NCBI GenBank assembly: GCA_046153645.1
Contig: JBJXGI010000042.1
Coordinates: 64,001 to 128,000 of the forward strand
Reading direction: 5' to 3'
DNA from: Elusimicrobiota bacterium
Lineage (GTDB): Bacteria > Elusimicrobiota > Elusimicrobia > F11
Length of the DNA: 64,000 nucleotides
Positions 20,350 through 29,900 of the stretch are shown here, piece after piece; position 1 is the first letter of the stretch, and every line of letters starts with the position of its first letter. The position numbers were made by a program, and so were the translations under genes. Below the pieces are notes generated by a model. That model was not told the DNA's origin. It did not search any database and saw nothing but the letters and a program-made list of their open reading frames with translations.

Positions 20350-20883
20350 TTAAATTAATCGCTCTGAATTCTTAAAAGTAATGAAATTTTTAGATAAAAC
20401 TCGAGCTGGGTATATAACAAGAGTGTTCCCCGTCCTTGTAACATCTGGGCATAAAAGGCCCACAATATCACCTTGAGAATAGAGGTTGGTTACAAATTCA
20501 TGCGGTTCTTTATAGGCATTGGGAATCTCTGAAGACTTGAGAAAATCCTCAATATGAAGCCCTAAATGAATGTGAACCTTTGGATCAGTTAAATCGAGAA
20601 TGTCATGCAAATGAATATCAAAACTCAGAAGAACATGTTGTTTCATACGATGGGGTAATAATCCTCTTTTCTCAATGGTCGCTCGACAAACTTCTGGTTT
20701 ATCAGAAAAATAAAGTGCTCCGAATTGATCCATTAAATTGTAACGATTAAAATATTTATAGGAAGGCCCGTCTTCTAACGCATATTTCATTTTATCTTCG
20801 GGAACAGCACGAAAATAAGTCCCCTGAATTTTTTTCAGCTGGCCTGATTTTTTTAAATGTTTAATTCTAGTATCGTTGATCAT
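20350..20883 (-). CDS. RES-domain toxin (NAD+-degrading/ART-like), divergent
   Basis: YFR, NRYN..GALYFS, ILDLTD, GLLCPD, TLVIYP; coupled to the upstream antitoxin gene. Confidence 0.8.
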   Translation of the reverse strand: MINDTRIKHLKKSGQLKKIQGTYFRAVPEDKMKYALEDGPSYKYFNRYNLMDQFGALYFSDKPEVCRATIEKRGLLPHRMKQHVLLSFDIHLHDILDLTDPKVHIHLGLHIEDFLKSSEIPNAYKEPHEFVTNLYSQGDIVGLLCPDVTRTGNTLVIYPARVLSKNFITFKNSERLI

Positions 20884-21266
20884 TACAAAGGATTTCCATG
20901 GGCAGCATTACCAAGAAGATCTTGAACAATACAAAACCCTCTCGGATCAGCCGCTAAACGAAGCGGAATAGAACCGCCTAATGCGCGGTTCGGTTCATGA
21001 AACCATTCACCCACAGAATTCTCATTTAAGGTTTGTTTGGCTAATTCAATAAGTTGTTGCCATTTAATAAGGGGAGCATAATGTTCAGGGGGACCATCTT
21101 CTACCCATCGGGCAATGGTTCTAGGGTTGGCCTCCAGTAAAAAAGCCATTTCAGCATCATTGATTTGAAGAATGGTTTGGATCTGCTCAAGAATATGTCC
21201 TGTTTTCTTTTGATGTATTTTTTTAGCAGGTGATTTCATAGGGAAAATATAGGTAATGTCGGACAT
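20883..21266 (-). CDS. Xre/MbcA/ParS-type antitoxin
   Basis: HTH (EMAFLLEANPRTIARW) plus C-terminal WF.EPN.ALGG..PL.L. Confidence 0.88.
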   Translation of the reverse strand: MSDITYIFPMKSPAKKIHQKKTGHILEQIQTILQINDAEMAFLLEANPRTIARWVEDGPPEHYAPLIKWQQLIELAKQTLNENSVGEWFHEPNRALGGSIPLRLAADPRGFCIVQDLLGNAAHGNPL

Positions 21267-21270
21267 ATTG

Positions 21271-22776
21271 TCAATTTATTTTGTTATTAAGTCTGTTTAT
21301 CTTGCGCTTTAATCTTTTTCGCTGTCTTTGGTCAGGCGTACTGTCTAAGGCAGTCAACCATTCTTTAAGTGCCAAGTTAAATTTCTTTTCTCTAAAATAT
21401 CTATCTCCACTTTTTTCACTCTCTTTTGAAGAAAGTCGATGGGGTGAGCGCCGCTGTTTTGATTCCGCTTCTTTTTTAATGGTTTCTAGCCTTGCTTCTA
21501 GGGGAGTGGCAATCACATGAGGCGTAATAAACACCAAAAGTTCTGTTTTTTCTCGTGTTGAATCGCTTTTCCTAAAAAATATTCCAATTAAAGGTAAACT
21601 TCCCAAAATAGGAATTTTGCTTTGGGAAGATGATTTATCATCTTTAATAAGACCACCGATAACAACCGTCTGCCCATCTTGAACCAAAACAGATGTTTGA
21701 GCTTCTCGAGTGGCCAAAATGGGTGCATTAAGCTCCGCGTTAAACCCCAATATCTTTTTAATAAGCGGGTGAACTTTTAAAAATACTTCCCGGTTAACAT
21801 TGATCCGCGGCGTTACTTCTAGTTCTATTGCCACTGACTTAAAATCAAAACTGCGAATGGTTTCACCGCCTTGGATGTTGCGTGTTTGTGTGAGAACGGG
21901 AACTTCTTCACCCACACGAATAATAGCTGGCTGATTATTAAGGGTTAAAATATGCGGCGTTGATAAAATGTTGACGTTTTTATCAGTCGCCAAAGCCTGC
22001 AGCAAACCTTTCAAATTTAAATCGCTACGAATGAGCGCGTATTTCAGCCCCTCTGTGACAACCGAACCTACATTCAATTGCTGACTCAGTTCACCTGAAA
22101 ACTTCTGCCCCTGCTTTGAAAAAGATTCGCTATAAGACCATTCAACTCCCAATTTGGTTTGTTTGGTTAACGATATTTCCATGATCATCGCTTCTATTAA
22201 AACCTGCGGTGTTCTCACATCCACTGCATCTATTATTTTTTTAAATCGCTGAATATTTAATTTCATATCTGTCACAATTAACGAATTCATCCGTTCATCT
22301 GTTATAAGAACGCCTTCTCTTGAAGTGAGTGGACTTAACATTGTTTTAGCTTCAGGCGCAGACATGTATTTTAAAGGAATCACTTGCGTGATCATTCGAT
22401 TACTAGGAGAAAGTTGTTTAGAATCAAGACCGTCTATTTCTAAATTGGTTTGAGAAGCTTCAGCTCGAGTTAATACTTTCATCGAATTACTCCGCCCAGG
22501 GACCAGCGTAAACCCTTTTAAATCGAGAACTTCCTGAAAAAGGTCCAATGCTTCTGACGCACTCACTCGACGTGAACATGTTAATGAAATGAGGCCGTGG
22601 ATTTGATCACTTTTTATAAAAGCAGTGCCAGTTACTTCACTCATAAATCTTAAAACCAAATCAATATCAACATTTTCAAAATTCAGTGCCACTGTTGGTT
22701 CTTCAAGAGGGGCCTGTGCCCGAACCGGCCAAAGACTCAAATAACCAACAAACATTAAGAGAAATAATTTATACAC
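21271..22776 (-). CDS. gspD: Type II secretion secretin, GspD-like
   Basis: LNFENVDI N0 domain, PQVLIEAMIME, STPHILTLNNQ, VIGGLI, ELLVFITPHVI; ORF is open to 22860, GTG 22776 preferred. Confidence 0.9.
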   Translation of the reverse strand: MYKLFLLMFVGYLSLWPVRAQAPLEEPTVALNFENVDIDLVLRFMSEVTGTAFIKSDQIHGLISLTCSRRVSASEALDLFQEVLDLKGFTLVPGRSNSMKVLTRAEASQTNLEIDGLDSKQLSPSNRMITQVIPLKYMSAPEAKTMLSPLTSREGVLITDERMNSLIVTDMKLNIQRFKKIIDAVDVRTPQVLIEAMIMEISLTKQTKLGVEWSYSESFSKQGQKFSGELSQQLNVGSVVTEGLKYALIRSDLNLKGLLQALATDKNVNILSTPHILTLNNQPAIIRVGEEVPVLTQTRNIQGGETIRSFDFKSVAIELEVTPRINVNREVFLKVHPLIKKILGFNAELNAPILATREAQTSVLVQDGQTVVIGGLIKDDKSSSQSKIPILGSLPLIGIFFRKSDSTREKTELLVFITPHVIATPLEARLETIKKEAESKQRRSPHRLSSKESEKSGDRYFREKKFNLALKEWLTALDSTPDQRQRKRLKRKINRLNNKIN

Positions 22777-22786
22777 AGGCTTAGCC

Positions 22787-23995
22787 CTACTTTCGGGAGG
22801 AAAATAATGAAACCAGAATTTTTTGATCAATAAGAAAATCAACTTGCTGAGAACTTTCATTAATAGCCGAAACTAAAAAGTTATCAATCCATTCTCCTTT
22901 TCGAACCAATTTCTTAGAGCGACCTTTGAACTCAAGAAGCGCCAGAGGTTCATGTCCGCTATGAACAATACTCAAGAGTTTTACATTTTCTAAAAACACG
23001 CTTTTAGTGACTTCTTCAATAGAGGGCGTGGGATGAACAGGAACAAAAGTGGAAACAAAGGGTTTTATTTTTCTATTTTTTTTAATTGGTTTTTTGGAAG
23101 GCAGAACATGCGCTTTAAATTCGTTTTTTTCCGGAAAAGTTTTATTTTCAAATAAATCTTTATCTATAAATATTCCTGAAACACAAGCAACCAATAACAC
23201 AACAATTATTCCTATAAAGAAAAAATATTTTTTTTTATTTTCCCGGGATACGGAATCAATCAGTTTGTTTCTTTTGCAAATTTTAAGCCCTAAAAATATT
23301 ATTTCCAAATATTTTTCTCGAGAGATGTATTCAATGTTAAGTTTACTTTTTAAATCTCTCACCAAACTCTGAAGATTGCTATTTTCTCTTAACACAATAA
23401 AACGGTATTGGTCTATTGTTGGAATGGGCTTAAGAAAAATAGAGGAAAAAGATTTTTTAAGAAAAATCAGCCGTTCTTCTCTCGTTATTAAATTTTCAAC
23501 ACAACTCACGTAAAAATACTTTTGAGCAGTTATCAGTATCACCTGAAACTGCGCCTTTCCCTCAAAAAGGAAAACAATATTCTGAGATTTAAATTGGGCA
23601 AGTATTCCCAATAACATAACAATCGGATAAGAAATATAAGCTTCTATTTCAAAACCTTTGTTTAAATAAATATCTAACCATATTTTTATTTTGGCGGTTT
23701 CCAAATATTGAATAAAAAACCGCTGGTTTTTATAGATGGAGAAAAAATGAGATAAATAGTGATCGATGAATGGTGGTTTTTGAATCGCGTTGAGTTCCAA
23801 GAGAGACTCTTGACGAGAAACCAATAAATCACATTTACCATTTTTGTTTCCTGTTACCTTTAAAGCCCGTGTTTTTAACAAGACTCCAAACCATTGATAA
23901 TAAAGGAGAATGGTTTCTCCAAAGATATCATTGAATATGAGGTGTCTTTTTTGAGGAATTATTCTTTCCAGTATTCGAGTTGCCATAAACCCCAC
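22787..23995 (-). CDS. T2SS-associated protein: cytoplasmic region, TM, then GspC/PilP-like C-terminal beta domain
   Basis: C-terminal KLLSIV...LALL..K...VRKGEWI.NF.V.AI; lies directly upstream of the secretin gene. Confidence 0.5.
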   Translation of the reverse strand: MGFMATRILERIIPQKRHLIFNDIFGETILLYYQWFGVLLKTRALKVTGNKNGKCDLLVSRQESLLELNAIQKPPFIDHYLSHFFSIYKNQRFFIQYLETAKIKIWLDIYLNKGFEIEAYISYPIVMLLGILAQFKSQNIVFLFEGKAQFQVILITAQKYFYVSCVENLITREERLIFLKKSFSSIFLKPIPTIDQYRFIVLRENSNLQSLVRDLKSKLNIEYISREKYLEIIFLGLKICKRNKLIDSVSRENKKKYFFFIGIIVVLLVACVSGIFIDKDLFENKTFPEKNEFKAHVLPSKKPIKKNRKIKPFVSTFVPVHPTPSIEEVTKSVFLENVKLLSIVHSGHEPLALLEFKGRSKKLVRKGEWIDNFLVSAINESSQQVDFLIDQKILVSLFSSRK

Positions 23996-24303
23996 TTTTT
24001 TTCTAAACCCAATTCAACTTTTTTATGTTCATTTTTATTTTTCAATTGGATGAAAACTTGCTCATGATTCAAATACAATGAACCCTTTATAACTTTCAAA
24101 TTTTTGCACGCGCTCGCATGGAATTCGCCAAATAAACAATCAGCTATTCTTTGATTCATTTCAAAATCTCTGAGAACTTTTCTTTGAAAATTAATTGCGC
24201 TCCGGTTCAAATTTATCGCCGACAATAGAAAACCACTGACAGTAAAAACGAAAATTACTGAGAAGACAGAAACAAAACCTTTATTGTTTTTTAAGTTTTT
24301 CAT
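23959..24303 (-). CDS. Short GspK/PilX-like minor pseudopilin
   Basis: KNNKG|FVSVF class III signal without Glu5. Confidence 0.55.
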   Translation of the reverse strand: MKNLKNNKGFVSVFSVIFVFTVSGFLLSAINLNRSAINFQRKVLRDFEMNQRIADCLFGEFHASACKNLKVIKGSLYLNHEQVFIQLKNKNEHKKVELGLEKKWGLWQLEYWKE

Positions 24304-24856
24304 TTATGAACGCTGTCATGAGCGGAAATAAAAATTTTTGATCAGATACATTCACTTTTATTGCCAAGGGAACACCCGCCATTCCTTTCATGATTTTCTG
24401 ACCTTCTTCATCCCATCCCCAATTGGACTTCCAATGAGTTCCATCAAAAAATTCCCAATGGATATTTTCAATATCAGTTAATAGTGTTTTTTCCTTAACT
24501 TGATTTTGTTGGTTTGTTGTTTTTTTCATAAGAGAATATAAACCCTTCTTATTTTTTTTAGGAAAATATTCGACCTGAATAAAATAAGGGTTTGAAAAAA
24601 CCATTTCCTGTGTTTTATCTTCCAAGGTTTTACCGGTAAAAAAGTAGGGCGACATCAAATCCCGAGAAACGGTTACTTCAAATTTATTAAAAGATTTATT
24701 TCTGTAAATCTGATTTACTTCAAAATGAATGTTTTTAAAAAAGTTTTTAACAAACACTTGAGAAATCTTAAAAAGAATCGCTAAAAGTGAAACGGCAATA
24801 ATGACTTCTATTAATGTAAACCCTTTATTAGAAAACAAAAATCTACTTGGTTTCAC
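24281..24856 (-). CDS. GspJ-like minor pseudopilin
   Basis: KG|FTLIEVIIA; C-terminal FFDG..W..NW..PLAIKV. Confidence 0.8.
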   Translation of the reverse strand: MKPSRFLFSNKGFTLIEVIIAVSLLAILFKISQVFVKNFFKNIHFEVNQIYRNKSFNKFEVTVSRDLMSPYFFTGKTLEDKTQEMVFSNPYFIQVEYFPKKNKKGLYSLMKKTTNQQNQVKEKTLLTDIENIHWEFFDGTHWKSNWGWDEEGQKIMKGMAGVPLAIKVNVSDQKFLFPLMTAFINEKLKKQ

Positions 24857-25031
24857 TTGTTATCCAGTCCATTTTTTTATGAAAAAGTTGAGATCTCAAA
24901 TCATTCGATTGAATCTGTGACTGGTGAAGCGTTTTAAGGGTTAAATGAGAAAATATAATGACAACAGAAACAAGTGAAATGGAAATAAGGATATCAATCA
25001 TCAAAAAACCATTTTTAACTTTATTCTTCAC
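24843..25031 (-). CDS. Very short GspI-like minor pseudopilin
   Basis: KNG|FLMIDILIS (Asp at +5); start revised to GTG 25031 overlapping the end of gspG. Confidence 0.55.
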   Translation of the reverse strand: MKNKVKNGFLMIDILISISLVSVVIIFSHLTLKTLHQSQIQSNDLRSQLFHKKMDWITSETK

Positions 25032-25431
25032 TTTGAATATCATCTGAGGTGGAAAATTTTCCGTCAGCCCCTGGAGATATGAGCTGAAATTCTGAAGAAT
25101 GCTGTGGCGAGGTTTTATAAATAAATGCGCGTCCCCAAGGATCGAGCAATTGTTTCTTTTTAATATAAGGCCCTTTCCACTCTTCGCCATTTGAAATATT
25201 ACTTTGGAGCGCGGTAAGCCCTTCTTGATTATTCGGAATTCTCCCTGTATCAAAACTAAAACTATCAATGGCCATTTCAATGTTACTGATTTGAATTTGG
25301 CAAATTTTATTTTTGGCTTGAGAGTTTCTCGAAGACAATCGCGGAAGAGTTATGGAAAAAAGTAAACCAATAAGCCCTAAAACAAGTAACACTTCAAAAA
25401 GAGTAAAACCATTACACCTCTTCATTAACAA
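25021..25431 (-). CDS. gspG: Major pseudopilin GspG
   Basis: G|FTLFE, DTGRIP..EGL.AL, WKGPY, DPWG, SPGADG. Confidence 0.92.
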   Translation of the reverse strand: MLMKRCNGFTLFEVLLVLGLIGLLFSITLPRLSSRNSQAKNKICQIQISNIEMAIDSFSFDTGRIPNNQEGLTALQSNISNGEEWKGPYIKKKQLLDPWGRAFIYKTSPQHSSEFQLISPGADGKFSTSDDIQSEE

Positions 25432-26770
25432 CTCTTTTTAATTCCTCAATACTTGTTATTCGATCCCTTACTTTATTTAAGCCATCATCCCAGAAAGTTT
25501 GATACCCCATATTTTTTAATCTGACTTTCCATTCTTTCTCAGGTAACTTCTCAGAAATCCAAGGTTTCATTTCATCTGAAATAACCAATACTTCAAAAAT
25601 GCCCGTTCGCTCATAAAAACCATCACCCAAACAAAAAGGGCAGTTTTCTTTCTTAGTGCCAGAACAGGCAATACAAATTTGCCGAACCAAACGCTGAGAA
25701 AGAACGGCAGTTAAAGCTGAAGAAATCAAATAAGGTTCAACGCCCATATCAATGAGTCTTGTAATGGCACTCACCGCGTCATTGGTGTGAAGCGTACTGA
25801 ACACAAAATGTCCTGTAAAAGAAGCTCGAATGGCCAACTCGGCTGTTTCTTGATCGCGCATTTCACCAACCATCATGACATCAGGATCTTGCCGTAAAAT
25901 AGCGCGCAACCCTTTGCTAAAGGTGTAATCAAGTTTGGGTTGAATTTGAGTTTGAGTGATATTTCTTAAGTTGTATTCAATTGGTTCTTCTAAGGTAATA
26001 ATCTTTTTTCGTGACGAATCTAACTGAGATAAACAAGAATATAAGGTGGTTGTTTTTCCGCTTCCTGTGGGTCCTGTCACCAAAAAAAGACCTGTGGGTT
26101 TATTGATCAACGATTCAATTTGTTGTTTGGTTTTTTCCGCCATTCCTAACTCTTTTAACCCCTGAAGGCTCATATTCCGATGAAGAATTCTCAAATTGAG
26201 ATTTTCTCCAAATTGAGTAGGTAAGGTGGAAACACGAACATCGTATTTTTCGTTTTTGATATTAAAAGAAAAGCGCCCATCTTGAGGACGCCTTTTTTCA
26301 ACAATATTCATTTGAGAAGAGATTTTTATGTGGGATACAATTTCCACATATCTTTCTTTTAACTCTTCTAATAGGGGAAGCTCTTTTAGGATTCCATCAA
26401 TCCTGAGTCTTAACGTAACGCTTTGTTCTATGGATTCAAAATGGATATCAGATGCCCTTAACTCGACGGCTTTTATCATAAGACTTTCAACAAACTGGAC
26501 AATGTTGGCAGAATCATTTTGGCTGCCAAACCCATAATTCATTTGAACCAATTCTTGAAACTCCGCAGTGGTCAACTGAACAGGCTCAATCACTTCACTA
26601 AAAATTACATGTAAATTATCTAGACACTCTAAATTTTCAGGGTCTAAAAAACCAACCACAATATGGCCGGATTTATTTTTCTCTAAAGGAATAACACCCC
26701 AACGGTAAACCAAAGCAATAGGGATTTTTTTAAGTAATTGTTTATTGACATTGATATTTAAAGTTTTCAT
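25412..26770 (-). CDS. gspE: GspE/PilB-family assembly ATPase
   Basis: ASDIHFE, PQDGR, GPTGSGKTT, LRQDPDVMMVGEMRD, two CxxC; start revised to ATG 26770. Confidence 0.92.
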   Translation of the reverse strand: MKTLNINVNKQLLKKIPIALVYRWGVIPLEKNKSGHIVVGFLDPENLECLDNLHVIFSEVIEPVQLTTAEFQELVQMNYGFGSQNDSANIVQFVESLMIKAVELRASDIHFESIEQSVTLRLRIDGILKELPLLEELKERYVEIVSHIKISSQMNIVEKRRPQDGRFSFNIKNEKYDVRVSTLPTQFGENLNLRILHRNMSLQGLKELGMAEKTKQQIESLINKPTGLFLVTGPTGSGKTTTLYSCLSQLDSSRKKIITLEEPIEYNLRNITQTQIQPKLDYTFSKGLRAILRQDPDVMMVGEMRDQETAELAIRASFTGHFVFSTLHTNDAVSAITRLIDMGVEPYLISSALTAVLSQRLVRQICIACSGTKKENCPFCLGDGFYERTGIFEVLVISDEMKPWISEKLPEKEWKVRLKNMGYQTFWDDGLNKVRDRITSIEELKRVVNEEV

Positions 26771-26899
26771 GCAGACATGATAACCACCTCGAATCAAGCA
26801 AATGTAAAGAATTGCTCAAACAAAGGAAAATTCACACAAAAACATAAAACACCTTTTAAAATAGAGGCGAAAAACTTGTTACAACTAATTTGCAGGAAA

Positions 26900-26932
26900 T
26901 TAAGCCTTTCTTAAACACCTTCATCGTAAAAT
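26900..26932 (+). promoter_or_regulatory. TTAA-N7-TTAA direct repeat plus -10 TAAAAT
   Basis: TTAAgcctttcTTAAa at 26900/26911; TAAAAT at 26927-26932, 6 nt before the ATG. Confidence 0.5.
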
Positions 26933-26938
26933 ATCAGT

Positions 26939-29900
26939 ATGAAAAAGTTTGTCTCGTTTATTCTCATTTTTTTTATTTTTGCGCATGAGTCACTGGGGTC
27001 TTTGCCTCAAACTCAAAATACCCTTCCCCTGCTTCAGAGTTTTTCTCAAATTAACAACTTGCCTCAAATAACAAAAATCTCTGAAAATAAATCGCCTCAC
27101 AATCATTTACTCAGCTTCATTCCCGAAAACGTAAGTTCTATTCGAAGTGTGATCCCCAGCAATACAGAATCTAAACGCGTTATTTATTTCATGCAGGATG
27201 TTCACTTGAATAAGGAAGCCCAAACCAATATCTCTTATACATTAAAAGCCATTATGAACTCAGAAAAAGTTGATGCTGTAGCGCTCGAAGGAGCGGAAGG
27301 AATTCTTCCTGTTCAGACGTTTAATGAATTTTCTGATAAAGAATCTCGAAACTTGGCCTCAAAAAACTTATTTGAAGAGAAAAACATCTCTGGCCCTATC
27401 TATGCAGGCTTTACGTTTGATGGGAAAAAACTTCCTTATTATTACGGTGTAGAAAAAAATGCTTTATACGAACAAAACATTGAAGCCTTACAAAAAGCGT
27501 CAAAAGTAACCAACGAAACAAAAAAACTACTCAGAAACTTACAACTCACTTATTCTTCTGAAAAAAGAACCATTTTAAACCCTGCTATTTTAAAATTAAG
27601 TGAAAAGATGGAAGCTTTCCATCACAATTCAATTTCATTGGTTTCTTATTTGGACAGCCTTTCTCAATTTGATTCCTTTTATTCTCCTGAAATAGAAATG
27701 TTTTTAAGCGCTCACGAATTAGAAAAACGATTGGATTTTCAAAAAATTGAGAAAGACCGGACCGCTTTTATAGGAGCTCTCACCAAAAAATTAAATCAAA
27801 GTGAATTAAATTGGTTATGGCAACTGGGAACTGAATGTAAAACAGGGCGTCTCAAACAAAAAGATTTTTATTCCATGCTGGAGCAATTTTCATCAAAGAA
27901 AAATATCCCCATGGAAAAGTATGGATCCATGAAAGATTATGTTCAATATGTATGGCTAGCAGATAACATTCAACCAGAAAAACTATTTGAAGATATTGAA
28001 TCACTAGAAAACACGGCCTTTGTACAAACAGCCCAAAATGAAAATGAAAAAAACCTTATCCACCTCTTAAAATTTTTGATTTTAAGTGAAAAATTATGCG
28101 ACTTTGCCCTCACAGCGCAAGAATGGAAACAATTTAAAAAACTAAAATCAGAAAACCTTATTCTTCTTGAAGACCCGAAGCTGATAAACCATATAGATCA
28201 AATCTTGAAATTTTATGACGTGGCTGAACAAAGAGACAAAACCATGGCACAAAACACAATTTCTCTTTTTGATGAAAATTGTCATCGCCTATTCTTAGTT
28301 ACAGGAGGCTTTCATTCCTCTGCCATGATCGATCTCTTTAAAAAAGAAGGAATCACGGTTATCTCTCTATCTCCAAAACTCACTCATTTAAATGAAGTTA
28401 AAGAGGAAAAAGCCCTTTCTTTTTTTACGCGTGAATTGACCCCGTTAGACAAATTGTTTAAAGGAGAAAAATTATTCCTTTCACCCCGTCCAATGGAAAC
28501 ACAGTCAGCGGCTTTGAATTTTGGAGCACAAAGCCTGGTACTTTCTCGCGACCTAAATTTGGTTCATTCGTTTTTTAGAAGATTAGGTATTTCTTTTGTT
28601 ATCAAGAAAATAAAGAAATTCTTACATAATGTTCGAATTTCTGTAGAGACAGAACAACACCAAATGGTGTCGATGGCCTACCAACTAAATAATGGTGCTA
28701 TTACTGGCTCACCAACGGTTTCTCTTTCATGGGGTGAAAAAATAAAAATGTTCTTTCTCAAGCTTACAGAACATCGATATTTTATGGCTTTGATAGCAAC
28801 TCTTTTAACTCCCGCTATCGCTTCTGGGCAAAGCAAAATGGCAAATAATGTAATTGGTTTTTTGTTTAAAGGAGTGGGGGACACTAAAATTCCAGGAATT
28901 CTATTTATATTAGGGTTTGTTATGTTGCTTATTGTTATTGGCCTTATTATTAACCGATGGGTCTCATCATATCGTTTTAAAACCCTAAACCAAGCTGCCG
29001 TGAAAAGCATTATCAATGTAGGAGCGGAAAATTACTTCATTGGCACACAAATGCAAAATGATGAAAATCTAGGCCCCACTCTTCAGATTATTACAGGTAA
29101 TAATGCAACTGCTTTAGCAGTGAAAAGCGCAGCAGCTATCGCTCAACTTCCAACTGCAACAGCACTGGCTAAAAGAGCAAAAGATTTTTTTTCTGATGCT
29201 GAAATAAATGGTGTTGAAAAAGATATCGCTGATATCTTTCAATACCACCAGCTCATTTTAGATAATCGTTCGGCTAAAGAAGCTATTCAAACGATCATCC
29301 CTGTTTGGCTAAGAGGGTCTCCTCTCAATCAATTCGATATAACTCAACTCCAAGTTTTGGCTTTAAAACTTTATGGTTATTGGCTAGGGAACAAAATTTC
29401 TATTGTTGACATTTCTTCTAGTGCCGAGGTTAAGCAATTAATTGAACAACTTCAAGAATATGAAGAAATATTCCAAGATTTACTTAAAAGAAACACTGAA
29501 ACACCGAATGTGCCAAATCAAAACGAGCGTTTTTTAAACACATTTGGATCAATAATTAATATTAGACTTTTTTCAGCTAATCCACTTTTTCAAAGACTTG
29601 TTTCTTATTTAACTCACACTTCTTCCGGGAAAATTTATCCCTTAAGAAGCCCAAACATTCTTGCAAGTCGACTCCTGTCGAAACGAGAAGAGAAAAAGAA
29701 TGCCATTGAGGCTCCAAAAATAAAAGAGGCCTATAAATTTTTAGAAGAATTAGGCTTTCAGTCTCCAGATCAAATCTCTAACTTAGAAGAAAAATTATTA
29801 GAAGCTCTTAAAATAAAAATATCAGAATTTGATGTTGATATAAAAAATGAAGCTGACGTTAATCAACTAGCTCGAATGATTTATCTTGTATGGCTAGATC

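Noticed and set aside
25032..25280. Long N-terminus of ORF 24843-25280
   Set aside because: Alternative frame inside gspG; only the last ~62 codons look like a pilin.
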